Numbered from the stretch's first letter, positions 18,101 through 27,564 are shown. The stretch: 50,993 nt of DNA from Candidatus Micrarchaeota archaeon (GCA_021163225.1 JAGGXE010000001.1:1-50993), one strand, 5' to 3'. The notes: a model not told the origin generated them from the letters alone. Translations and numbers: made by a program.

Positions 18101-20608
18101 CTACGAACCTTTTATCGATTCTATGAACGCACCCATCTTTGTTATCGGTAGGAGTACTATGGTCCCGCGTTCGACCTCCAGTTTGAAGAGAACGGCCAAC
18201 GTATCCGGCACGGTTATCCTCTCGATAAACTTGTTCATCGTCGATTCGGAATCGAATACGATGAGCGTCTTTCCTTTATCCACTGTTTTTAATGCGCGTT
18301 TGATTATATTATAATCACCGTCAAAGATATGGACATACATCTTTCTACCGGAAACTGTGATCTCTGTATCACAGAGTTTTGATTCCTTAAGCGGTGTAAA
18401 TTTTACGACGTTGTCCACGAAGATATCTCTAAGCATTCTGAATAACACTAGATATAAACCGGATTTTCCGGATTCCTCGATCCATTTTGTCGGAAGATAA
18501 TAGTAATACCTCTCGTATACCAATCCCTTTGCGACGAGTTCGTCCAGAAGTATCTCCAGGTTGTAATCGCTGATATGGATGGGTTTACCGTCGTACGAAA
18601 GTTTCAGGAATCCCTTTTTGATCTCCTCAAGTTTAAGTGGCATATGTTTCCATGAATAGTCTTTGTTCACTTCGTCAAATATTTTTAACACATCATCTAT
18701 TTTGACAGATACCGTCGTAGATTTGACTACTGGAAAATCAGGTATATCTAAACCGTATATGATTTCCTCTCTAGGTTTTATGATTACGAACGCGAACACC
18801 AACGAAATGATCGTTACGATTGCCAAGAACGTATAGAACGGGTTGCTCAGTATAGGGTCTAACGGATTAGTTTCTCTGTAAGTTATTGTTTTCTTGATAT
18901 GGTATTTTTTGTTGAACACGAAATCAAAGGTGTGCTCACCTCCGCTAAGGTACAGGTCTTTCAGTTCGATGTACTGCACATTTCTGTACTCGCCAACTTT
19001 TTCACCGTCCACGTAAATCTCGACTTCATTAACTTTAACGCGTTCTCCATATTCGTCGCGAATGTCGAACGTTAACCTTCCTTTAACCCATTGAAGCGTC
19101 ATCGGTTTAACATCTACATCAACAATCTTCAGCATACCTTTTGCATAAATCCTATTCTCATCCCTTACAACCAGTTCGTATTCTCCGGGTGGGAGGTCAG
19201 TGTTGACGGTTATGATTTGAGGTGTTAAAGATGAAGAATAGGCTTTTGGTATCGGTGATTCGAACAACACCCGTCCCGCGGAAATAATCTGTATGTACGG
19301 GAATATCTCCACAGATTCGTTCTCCTGATAATAGATCCTTACGAAGATCGGCAGTCCGGTTATGTAGGAAGGATAAACTGTTTCCGGGAACACTATCCTG
19401 CCTTTAGCATCCTTTGTAATCTTCAGTACTTTAACTATCGATTTAACACCTTTAGACTCGCTTACAGATTGACCGATAAGTTTCAAGTATACCTGTTCTG
19501 TAGTAGGAATCGGTGCTGAAAAGAGGTCCACTGCCCCAGACTGATTAGTATAAGTGTAGGATTTCTGCGATAACGGTGCATGCCATCCGCTCTCATAGAT
19601 GAACCGTGCAACGTCCTGCGCGGCCACAGAGCCGTTATCCCATCCCGAATCCAAATACTCTGGAAAAACTGTCAGATAACCGTTGCCTATACGTATTACT
19701 GATATGAAACCGTAAGCCACATTCGTATCAGTGTTCTTGTATTCCATTCGGTATACTGGTTCATGCATATGCATCGGTTTATCAACAGTGAGACGTTTAT
19801 CTCTCGGTAGCGATTCGCTCAATGTATACCTGAAGCCGAGGAGATTTTTCGGTACAACGATGTTACCACTGGCATCTATCGCCTCGGAGAAAGGATACCC
19901 GATGTATATCACTACGATAGACCTGTTCATGATGTCTATCAGATTGGTTTCACCGTCCAACATTTCTACAGGTATCCTACCGCTAGGTATTATCAGTATC
20001 GAATCGTCTGGGATGATATCAACATTGTTCAGGCTTACCTCTGTTACACGGTACCCAACATCTCTTAACATCCGTTTCAACTCATCCTTGAATGATCTGA
20101 GATTTGTCGATTGAGGAGAATAAACCTGAGAGTTCAGGATATACACTTCATTACTATCCACGGTATCGTACGGGTAGATGAAGAAACCTGTTTCTGTCCC
20201 GTTTGTGTTGTAAGATAAATATGTGTGTACAACATCGCTCCGTATCGCAGACCCTTCTTTAAGTCTATCGTATGCAAGTATCTCTCCAGAGTATACAGTG
20301 TACTGGAATTTTGGTGCAATCTTAGGAGCGGCGGCGGAGCCGCCGCTTATACTGAGTAATCCTATCCCTATCCATACCCCTAACAGACCTAGAACGAGCA
20401 GGATCGCTACCAATTTTAAAGGTACACGAATTCGTGGTATGATCTTTTTCGGTGACTCACTCTCAACAGTGTACTTTCTTTTGATGTTGTATTTGTATTC
20501 GTTTTTGAACTTCTTCCGAATGGAAAACGAAAATTTTTTCTTTTTTATTCTACTGTCTAAAGATATCCTTCTTGTAGTTCTCTTCTTCGGTTTGGTTTCT
20601 TTAGCCAT
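18101..20608 (-). CDS. Large two-TM membrane protein with a beta-rich extracellular region and a cytoplasmic C-terminal domain
   Basis: Basic N-terminus, TM helix near aa 65-85, a beta-rich region with sequons, a second TM helix (FYTFLAIVTIISLVFAFVII) and a soluble tail. Last gene of a tight operon. Confidence 0.75.
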   Translation of the reverse strand: MAKETKPKKRTTRRISLDSRIKKKKFSFSIRKKFKNEYKYNIKRKYTVESESPKKIIPRIRVPLKLVAILLVLGLLGVWIGIGLLSISGGSAAAPKIAPKFQYTVYSGEILAYDRLKEGSAIRSDVVHTYLSYNTNGTETGFFIYPYDTVDSNEVYILNSQVYSPQSTNLRSFKDELKRMLRDVGYRVTEVSLNNVDIIPDDSILIIPSGRIPVEMLDGETNLIDIMNRSIVVIYIGYPFSEAIDASGNIVVPKNLLGFRYTLSESLPRDKRLTVDKPMHMHEPVYRMEYKNTDTNVAYGFISVIRIGNGYLTVFPEYLDSGWDNGSVAAQDVARFIYESGWHAPLSQKSYTYTNQSGAVDLFSAPIPTTEQVYLKLIGQSVSESKGVKSIVKVLKITKDAKGRIVFPETVYPSYITGLPIFVRIYYQENESVEIFPYIQIISAGRVLFESPIPKAYSSSLTPQIITVNTDLPPGEYELVVRDENRIYAKGMLKIVDVDVKPMTLQWVKGRLTFDIRDEYGERVKVNEVEIYVDGEKVGEYRNVQYIELKDLYLSGGEHTFDFVFNKKYHIKKTITYRETNPLDPILSNPFYTFLAIVTIISLVFAFVIIKPREEIIYGLDIPDFPVVKSTTVSVKIDDVLKIFDEVNKDYSWKHMPLKLEEIKKGFLKLSYDGKPIHISDYNLEILLDELVAKGLVYERYYYYLPTKWIEESGKSGLYLVLFRMLRDIFVDNVVKFTPLKESKLCDTEITVSGRKMYVHIFDGDYNIIKRALKTVDKGKTLIVFDSESTMNKFIERITVPDTLAVLFKLEVERGTIVLLPITKMGAFIESIKGS

Positions 20609-20635
20609 TTTATTACCCAGTACGTGTTTTCAGGA

Positions 20636-21403
20636 TTATTTGAGTTCCAGATAACCGTTGGTAACAAGATAGTTCAGCACCTGTTCGACACGCGCTTCGG
20701 AAACACCGTAAACCTTTGCAAACTCCGTTACATCGATAGAACCGTCGTGTTCCGCGATCCATTCCTGTATCTTAACCGCCAACGTTTTGTCGGATATCTT
20801 CTTCAATGCATTGAGTGCGGCCGTAACATCCTCAAGCTTACGTTTGAGGTTGTAATTCTCGCGGGATAGCATTTCATTCGATTCTTTTAATCGTGCGATC
20901 TCCTTTTTGAGTTGTTCCAACTCTTCCTTTAACATATCGTGTTGTGCAAAGAGTTTATCATAATCCGATGACACGTATTCGGTCATGCTTTTGATCATAT
21001 CCTCCAGGAACATGTACAGTTGTTTTAACGGAACTTCGTAATCGTCCCCGACAAGGGTCAACAGGTTCAGAAAATATGAGGCGATGCTAAGTCTACGTCT
21101 CTTAGGACTCATCCCGGGAACGATACTGTATATTACGCGGACTCGGTCTCTTAAGAAATAGATTATACTGAACAGGTACGGTCTCTTTTTGATATCCCGT
21201 GTTTCGATGTTGATGACTGCAACACCTTCCCTGTACGGAATTACATCCAGATGCGAAACCGTTGATAACTTATTCTTCAGGTTTTCGATAGATGTTTTTA
21301 GGTGTCCTTCCAGTTCGAACCCGTCGACCCGTGGTTCGTTAACTATTTGCGGTTTCTTGCCCGTCTTTCCTTGTTTTTTGATCCTTATCTTCAAACCCAT
21401 CAC
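20636..21403 (-). CDS. Coiled-coil protein with a C-terminal winged-helix-like domain
   Basis: Heptad region LKEELEQLKKEIARLKESNEMLSRENYNLKRKLEDV, followed by IQEWIAEHDGSIDVTEFAKVYGVSEARVEQVLNYLVTNGYL. Confidence 0.75.
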   Translation of the reverse strand: MMGLKIRIKKQGKTGKKPQIVNEPRVDGFELEGHLKTSIENLKNKLSTVSHLDVIPYREGVAVINIETRDIKKRPYLFSIIYFLRDRVRVIYSIVPGMSPKRRRLSIASYFLNLLTLVGDDYEVPLKQLYMFLEDMIKSMTEYVSSDYDKLFAQHDMLKEELEQLKKEIARLKESNEMLSRENYNLKRKLEDVTAALNALKKISDKTLAVKIQEWIAEHDGSIDVTEFAKVYGVSEARVEQVLNYLVTNGYLELK

Positions 21404-21411
21404 CTATCTAT

Positions 21412-21855
21412 TCATTTCTTTTTGACCTTTCTTTTTCTCGTTTTCTTGACACCGGTCCGTTTTCTACGACTCTTCAGCCATTCGTCGAGCGTCATAGTAG
21501 TCTTAGGTATGTACCGTGTGATAAACACGATCCCTATCATAAGTGCAAAGATTGCTATCAGCATTATCAGTGTGGTCATCATCCTTACGATATTCACAGC
21601 GCCCGTAATCGCGAACAAGATTCCCATAAAAATGACGGCTGCCAACCCCAACAATCCCCATGTTATCATGTTTCTTTCGTAACTTTTTCTCCTCTTAACA
21701 TACTCCTCCCAACATTCCCTACATACAACAAGCTTATACCCTTTAGCTATTCCCAACTTTTCTTTTATCCTCCTGATAGTTCTTATCACCAGATCCTCCT
21801 TTATCGGGACACCTTCCCTTTCTTTTTCACAGATTATACATATCTTTTTACCCAT
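21412..21855 (-). CDS. Small membrane protein: N-terminal Zn-finger (CxxC...CxxC), two TM helices and a basic tail
   Basis: CIIC and CREC pairs, two hydrophobic segments, AGGTGA SD. Confidence 0.75.
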   Translation of the reverse strand: MGKKICIICEKEREGVPIKEDLVIRTIRRIKEKLGIAKGYKLVVCRECWEEYVKRRKSYERNMITWGLLGLAAVIFMGILFAITGAVNIVRMMTTLIMLIAIFALMIGIVFITRYIPKTTMTLDEWLKSRRKRTGVKKTRKRKVKKK

Positions 21856-21864
21856 GCGATCACC

Positions 21865-23439
21865 TTATTCCTCAAGAATTACCTGGACGATATCCTTGTC
21901 GCGGATACCCATCTTCTTCACGTCCGCTTTGGAGAACACAGTAACTATCGTGCTGTCATCGAGTCCCAGGTCTTTCAAGAAGGATGTGATGTTTCTTCTT
22001 ACAACACCGTACTTTTCAAGCAACAGTACGAACGATACGATATCCATATGCCTGTTCTTCTGTTCGAACAGTTTACATATCTCTTCTATATGCATATCAT
22101 CCAACCCGTAACTTCTCATCTTCTTACGAAAATCTTCCTTATTGAAATAAGCGGTCCTTGCCATCTTACCCCCTCTCAACTCCTCTTCAGAATATATACT
22201 TTCCATATCCAGGAAATATTCATACAACGGTTCCTCACCGATTACCCTATCTAACAGGAACGTGTTGGAGAACGTAGTAGCCTTTGCAGGTACGAGGTTA
22301 ATCGCGCACTGTCCAACACCGAACTTCATTATCTCATTCCGGATGTAATCGCTGAAGTTCAAAGAGTTTTGCAGATAGTCCAGATACTTTTCGAATTTGA
22401 CTCTGAATATGAACGTTGAACCGACGTTACTGAATATTGCTTCGTTAATATCGACCGGGTGCTGACTCGCTACGATCAAACCGAAGTTGTACTTCCTCCC
22501 TTCCCTCACGATCATAACTGCATCGCTGTTATCGTCCTTAGCCACTTTCCATGCCTCGTCAAGAACGATCAGAAGTCTGAGCCCTTTCTTAGCCGCCCAT
22601 CCGGTTGCACGCATCTTTTCCTTTATGAATTGAAGGATGGACAGTGCGGCAAGCGCACGGAACACTTCATCAGGTAACCCGGATAGGTCTATGTCTACCA
22701 ACCCTGACGATGTTATTTCATCCAGGTTTATCGTGCTCGGTGCGGCAAAAAAATCTTCACCCGGACGCGTGAACCTTTTGATTCTGTATATTGCGTTTTC
22801 CAACTCTGCAGGGAATTCGTAGGTTCCGCTTTTTAACTGTCTCTCCAGAATACGTTGCACATCTTTTAATGTGGGCGGTTCCAACGGTCTGCCCAACGAG
22901 TCCACCTGGTTACGTTTGTCCAGTTTAAAGTTTGCTTCCTTATACGCCTTTTCGATCGCCATCTCAGTAAGCCTCTTCTGTTCGGGATAATTCTCTATGT
23001 CCGTCAGTATCGCAAGTGTTCGCATGACTTGTTTGATCCTGTCCAACGGTTTCATCCCGCCAAGGTCCAACAGATTTATCGATGCTCCCTTACCCAGCGC
23101 CACTACCTTGCCTCCTGCTTGTTTAACCCAGTCCCTGTATTCACCTGCCCAATCTATAATAAGCGCGTTAGTGTTCCAGATAAAAGCAGCCCTGGTTAAG
23201 AACGTCTTTATAAAATAACTTTTACCAGCACCCGTAATACCGCAGACCGCGATATGCGGATTGGTCAGTTTTTCATAAGTCCAATTGAAAGGAATGTTGA
23301 ATATCTTGCTGAATCCTATAAATATCGAATTGGCTGGGTCATCCATAAGGAATTCGGGTGGAGGTTCGGGAGGGTAGACAAAGATGTTCCGTTTAGCCAA
23401 TGTGACATTGGACACTTCACATATCCTTAACCTTCCCAT
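21865..23439 (-). CDS. VirB4/HerA (FtsK-HerA superfamily) ATPase
   Basis: NPHIAVCG, Walker A GITGAGKS, LIIDWAGEY, PPTLKDV, Walker B LLIVLDEAW and the arginine-finger region REGRKYNFGLIVASQ. Confidence 0.9.
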   Translation of the reverse strand: MGRLRICEVSNVTLAKRNIFVYPPEPPPEFLMDDPANSIFIGFSKIFNIPFNWTYEKLTNPHIAVCGITGAGKSYFIKTFLTRAAFIWNTNALIIDWAGEYRDWVKQAGGKVVALGKGASINLLDLGGMKPLDRIKQVMRTLAILTDIENYPEQKRLTEMAIEKAYKEANFKLDKRNQVDSLGRPLEPPTLKDVQRILERQLKSGTYEFPAELENAIYRIKRFTRPGEDFFAAPSTINLDEITSSGLVDIDLSGLPDEVFRALAALSILQFIKEKMRATGWAAKKGLRLLIVLDEAWKVAKDDNSDAVMIVREGRKYNFGLIVASQHPVDINEAIFSNVGSTFIFRVKFEKYLDYLQNSLNFSDYIRNEIMKFGVGQCAINLVPAKATTFSNTFLLDRVIGEEPLYEYFLDMESIYSEEELRGGKMARTAYFNKEDFRKKMRSYGLDDMHIEEICKLFEQKNRHMDIVSFVLLLEKYGVVRRNITSFLKDLGLDDSTIVTVFSKADVKKMGIRDKDIVQVILEE

Positions 23440-23448
23440 CTCTCCACC

Positions 23449-24261
23449 TCATTCAACCTGTTGTTTGAGGAGTTCTATTGATGGAGGTATCGTATACTCC
23501 CATTCGAAACATCTCAACATCTCTTCTCCTGACAGAATTTCCACCTCGCAATTCAACGCATTGGATATAGTAGCCCTCAGCTCTTTGGCCTGCGCACGTG
23601 CAGCCGCGATGGCCGCTTCTTTTGTTACACCAATAGCGGTTGTCATTACGTATCCCACCATCGACATCGGTTTATACCCCTTTGAGAGTTTATCTATCTC
23701 TGCATCCCACATAGCAACCTCCCTCTCGTACCTGTCAAGTTTTAGGATATCCGGTTCCGGTTTCTCACGTTCGCGTTGGAGTTTGAGTTGCGCTTCAGCA
23801 CGTTTGGTTTCGATCTTCATCCTGTAATCGCTTATATCTTTCACATAGACCAGCATAGCAAACTTTGTAACGTATTTAACCGAAGATATAGCTCTCTCAA
23901 AATATTCTGAATAAACGATGTTTTCTTCCAACGTCTTTTCGGATGCGGATTCATATATCCGTACCGCGAGAAACATCGATGCATAATATACATTGTTGAT
24001 CTTCCTAACTATCACATCCTGGGAGGGAGGTATTTCGTACCCAGTATCTGTTAGGATTACTGTGCGTGTCATCTTTGTTATCATCGGGACTATAAAGTAT
24101 CCGTATTTGTACAGGATGTAGGCGATTATCGCACCACCTACCCCTACTATCAAACCCAAGACAGCGATAGCGCCACCTTTTATGAACGTACCCAACGCGG
24201 CCAATAACGCTATGCCGATGCACACATACGCAAACTTGCTTGGACTTAGATCTATAGGCAT
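23449..24261 (-). CDS. Two-TM membrane protein whose soluble part resembles a VirB4 N-terminal domain
   Basis: Two N-terminal TM helices, then an alpha/beta region with a coiled insertion ending in EVEILSGEEMLRCF. Lies 9 nt upstream of the ATPase. The CDS is solid; the function is inferred. Confidence 0.65.
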   Translation of the reverse strand: MPIDLSPSKFAYVCIGIALLAALGTFIKGGAIAVLGLIVGVGGAIIAYILYKYGYFIVPMITKMTRTVILTDTGYEIPPSQDVIVRKINNVYYASMFLAVRIYESASEKTLEENIVYSEYFERAISSVKYVTKFAMLVYVKDISDYRMKIETKRAEAQLKLQREREKPEPDILKLDRYEREVAMWDAEIDKLSKGYKPMSMVGYVMTTAIGVTKEAAIAAARAQAKELRATISNALNCEVEILSGEEMLRCFEWEYTIPPSIELLKQQVE

Positions 24262-24339
24262 CCATGACCACCGTTCTTATTTATTAACGTTTTAACAATG
24301 AGAGTGAAGTTTTTAAAACTTCTTCTTGACTGCACGGGT

Positions 24340-26361
24340 TTATTGTTTTTGTGTCCATAGGTTATCTGACACCCGGTTCTCCCTTATGTAGACCTCAGGG
24401 TCCGGACCATTGATCATCCTTTCCTTGGCACCGGGTCGGTCTGCCACTGCTAAATAATATATGATCTGTTCCCGTCCAGTCCTTTGGTCTTTGACTGTTC
24501 TTTTCCTGACGTACAAAGGGTCTCTTCTTATATCACCGATATATCCGAAATCCACTAAACATACGTTTCCGTCTTCATCTATGGTGAGTATACCATGATG
24601 GTTGCTCTCTGAGTGAGGTGATTTTCGCCAGAAGATATAACTCCCAACTTCTTCGTAGGATACTTTGCTATCGTCCTCTGGATTCAGCCGTACTTCCCGA
24701 ATCTCCCGTGCGTTGATGTACCTGCCGCTTTCATGTGTCGGGCTTTGTACATCTGTCATATATCTAAACAACTCGTTCGGGTCGCTCACATATTTCAACT
24801 GTTCGGGTTGTTTACCTTGATAAAAATCGTAAACGATAGAATCAGATAACCTGGTCACCACCGAAGCGAAGTCATAGCAATCTACATGATGTACACCGTA
24901 TTTCCAGCCGTAGTTATACGGTTCTTTCCAGTCGGCCAGGTCGGATATCACATAAGCCCAGAAAGCACGGTTCGCTTTTACGAGAGTGTTCATCCTTGCA
25001 GTTATGTTCATAGCGGGCGTGTACCTGTTTAAGAACTTCTCTTGTATGTTCGCCCACACCTTCGCATACCTGATCGCGCGTTCTCTCGTCTCAGGGTTTA
25101 ACCCTGTTTTCATTATGAAGAGTATGACCGTGCGGTTGACGTTCTGTAGGGTTCTGTTATAGCCCAGGTCATAACCGTCTCTCTTGCTTAACGAATAAGA
25201 TGGGAAGGTATCGCTTATGCTATCTATGGCTATCAGAACGTTTGTCAAATCTTCAGGGTTCGGTCCACCCAAATGGTCCTTCGAGATACCGTATTCAATA
25301 ACCTCTTCTATCAGACCTTCATCGATGATCGAGCCGGGCAGAACAGTTTTCACATAGGATAGGAGAAATGCTAAAGGTTTTATGCGTTCCATATCCTCCT
25401 TCTTCACCGCACGGTTTTCGAATACATGATCGCGAATTTCCAGGTAATTACCCACCATTTCAATCCGTTTATCAAAGGATAATTTGTCCATCATCCTTTT
25501 GAAGTCGGGTCCGAGGTCCTCTTCCAGTAACGTCATTATTTCACCGTAATACTTATCTATCTCATAAGTTAGAAACTGTACTAATCTGTTGGAATCCTTT
25601 GTATCATATGCACCGAGCTGTCTGATTCCAAACTCTCGGATAGCCTTCTGCTCAATGTACCATATTTCGGCAGGGACAGGTTTCTTACTGGATAACCTTT
25701 CCTTAAAGTCGAGAAGGTCTTCGGTAAACTTCTTCATCGGGTTATCGACAGGGCTACCTGACAATCCTTCCAAAATACTGGCATACTTCATCAGATCAGA
25801 CAGTCGTTTTAACAGTTTGTCCGCTTTGTCTTTGTCGGTACATTCTTCATAGATATCAACACCTAACACATCAGTGATGGCTAACGCGATGTTCTCCGGT
25901 GTCGGTTCTTCATACGCCTTCTTAGGTATTATCTCGGATAATACCGGACGTTTAGAGATCAGATTATTCATAAACTCTTCGAAACAATCCGTCTTTGTTA
26001 ACTGGTAGTTGTCAACGATTGCCATCACACGACCGAAACCAGGTCTTTCGATATTGGTAGTTGTGAAGAAGGTGACAAGTTGATCGGTTATGAAGGAATC
26101 CTTATACCCTTCCGATTTAATATAATCTAACACAACGTCCCTTATCCTATCCCTTTGGTTTATATCTACATCAATACCTGATTTGATTAAAAGACCGATG
26201 GTTAACCCGTACAACATCTTTGCAGTGGTCAGTTGTGAGGATGTTAACCCACCAACCTCATTAAACCTTTTTTCCGTATCATCCAGTATTGATCGAACAG
26301 TACCGTCATCAAGGTCAAAATACTTCTTTATATCCGAATGATAAAGCTCACGATACTTCAT
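24340..26361 (-). CDS. Large protein with a C-terminal NlpC/P60-like (papain-fold) domain
   Basis: PYNYGW...VDCYDF, GSYIFW...HHGI and LVDFG mirror the NlpC/P60 pattern PYxWGG...DCSG / GDLVFF...HVGI / FIHA. Start moved to the ATG at 26361, after an AGGTG SD. Confidence 0.65.
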   Translation of the reverse strand: MKYRELYHSDIKKYFDLDDGTVRSILDDTEKRFNEVGGLTSSQLTTAKMLYGLTIGLLIKSGIDVDINQRDRIRDVVLDYIKSEGYKDSFITDQLVTFFTTTNIERPGFGRVMAIVDNYQLTKTDCFEEFMNNLISKRPVLSEIIPKKAYEEPTPENIALAITDVLGVDIYEECTDKDKADKLLKRLSDLMKYASILEGLSGSPVDNPMKKFTEDLLDFKERLSSKKPVPAEIWYIEQKAIREFGIRQLGAYDTKDSNRLVQFLTYEIDKYYGEIMTLLEEDLGPDFKRMMDKLSFDKRIEMVGNYLEIRDHVFENRAVKKEDMERIKPLAFLLSYVKTVLPGSIIDEGLIEEVIEYGISKDHLGGPNPEDLTNVLIAIDSISDTFPSYSLSKRDGYDLGYNRTLQNVNRTVILFIMKTGLNPETRERAIRYAKVWANIQEKFLNRYTPAMNITARMNTLVKANRAFWAYVISDLADWKEPYNYGWKYGVHHVDCYDFASVVTRLSDSIVYDFYQGKQPEQLKYVSDPNELFRYMTDVQSPTHESGRYINAREIREVRLNPEDDSKVSYEEVGSYIFWRKSPHSESNHHGILTIDEDGNVCLVDFGYIGDIRRDPLYVRKRTVKDQRTGREQIIYYLAVADRPGAKERMINGPDPEVYIRENRVSDNLWTQKQ

Positions 26362-26490
26362 AAGAACACCTATCTCAGAGTTTACAAATAAAAAATGCAA
26401 ATAAAAATTTAAATCAATGTGTGCTTTCATCACCGGCCGGCCGTGTTCGAACCCAACCTTTTTTAACATCCGTAGTTATAGATAGGTCCT

Positions 26491-27117
26491 ATGGTAAAGG
26501 TATGTCCGAAGTGCGGTGCCACGGATAAAGAGAAACCGTTCATAGGCCCGTTTTGCGTGGACTGTTATAAACCCAACCTGAAACCTCCGACAAAGTTAGT
26601 GATATACGTTTGTCCGGATTGCGGACGTATACGATTGAAAAAGAAATGGATTGATTATTCTATCGAAGCCATCGAAGATTACATAGCCAAGCAAACCAAG
26701 GGCAACTTTGAACGTTTAAGCCTCGACATAGACCGTCAAACCGTTCGCTACGTGATTCGAGAGGGTTCCTCCTACATAGAACTGGATTTTCCTGTGAAGA
26801 TCGTGTTCAAAAAGGCGTTGTGCGACGTGTGTTCTAGGATACATGGCGGCTATTACGAAGCGATTATACAGATTCGCGGACCCGAATCAGAGGTTGGAAA
26901 TGTTAAATCGACCCTGACAAAATTGTTAAAACGTAGAACATTCATTGTTAAAGAAGTTGTTCAGAAGACAGGGGTTGATCTCTACGTTGGTGATAAACGC
27001 GTAGTTGTAGACGTTCTCTCTAAAATGGGATTTAAACCGCTACGCACCCGAAAGTTATACTCTGTGAGAGACGGTAAGAAAGTGTTTAGAGACACATTTC
27101 TGATCCGTCTAAAGTAG
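26491..27117 (+). CDS. nmd3: NMD3-family ribosome maturation protein
   Basis: Four CxxC pairs, GGYYEAIIQIRG, GVDLY and a C-terminal RDTFLIRL. Confidence 0.92.
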   Translation: MVKVCPKCGATDKEKPFIGPFCVDCYKPNLKPPTKLVIYVCPDCGRIRLKKKWIDYSIEAIEDYIAKQTKGNFERLSLDIDRQTVRYVIREGSSYIELDFPVKIVFKKALCDVCSRIHGGYYEAIIQIRGPESEVGNVKSTLTKLLKRRTFIVKEVVQKTGVDLYVGDKRVVVDVLSKMGFKPLRTRKLYSVRDGKKVFRDTFLIRLK

Positions 27118-27120
27118 ATT

Positions 27121-27564
27121 CTATTTCCTTTTCTTAACACGGAGCACCTTATATGCTGAGTAGATGAATATAAGCATAATGAGTCCGCCTATAGAGTACG
27201 CTATTTTCGGGTCGATAAGATTGTACTTTCTTTCGGATTCTTCCTGTTTCTGTATTAATCGATCTACTACTATGTATTTCGTTTTCAACTCCGTTCCGTA
27301 AACAACCTTTATACTGTAATTTCCCGGTTTATCTATAGTTTGTTGGTAGGACCATTCCTTACCCATAAGGACCTTACGATAATCGTACTGTGTGCCGTTG
27401 TAGAAAAAGTATACTTCAACGTTTTTGAGTTTCTCATCTTCTGAATGAACGGTGTAGACAATCGTGTTCGGAGGCGAAGCAGTCAATTTTACATCCACAT
27501 CTATCCCGTATACGCTCAAAATAACTAAGGTAGATATCAAAAGCATTGCCAATATCCTTTTCAT
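27121..27564 (-). CDS. Secreted, C-terminally anchored small surface protein (Ig-like)
   Basis: N-terminal signal peptide, beta-rich body (PGNYSIKV), C-terminal TM helix followed by KKRK. Confidence 0.7.
   Translation of the reverse strand: MKRILAMLLISTLVILSVYGIDVDVKLTASPPNTIVYTVHSEDEKLKNVEVYFFYNGTQYDYRKVLMGKEWSYQQTIDKPGNYSIKVVYGTELKTKYIVVDRLIQKQEESERKYNLIDPKIAYSIGGLIMLIFIYSAYKVLRVKKRK

Noticed and set aside
21865..23439. Calling the ATPase the DNA-repair helicase HerA
   Set aside because: It has no N-terminal HAS barrel and no nurA/mre11/rad50 neighbours, and its context is membrane proteins.
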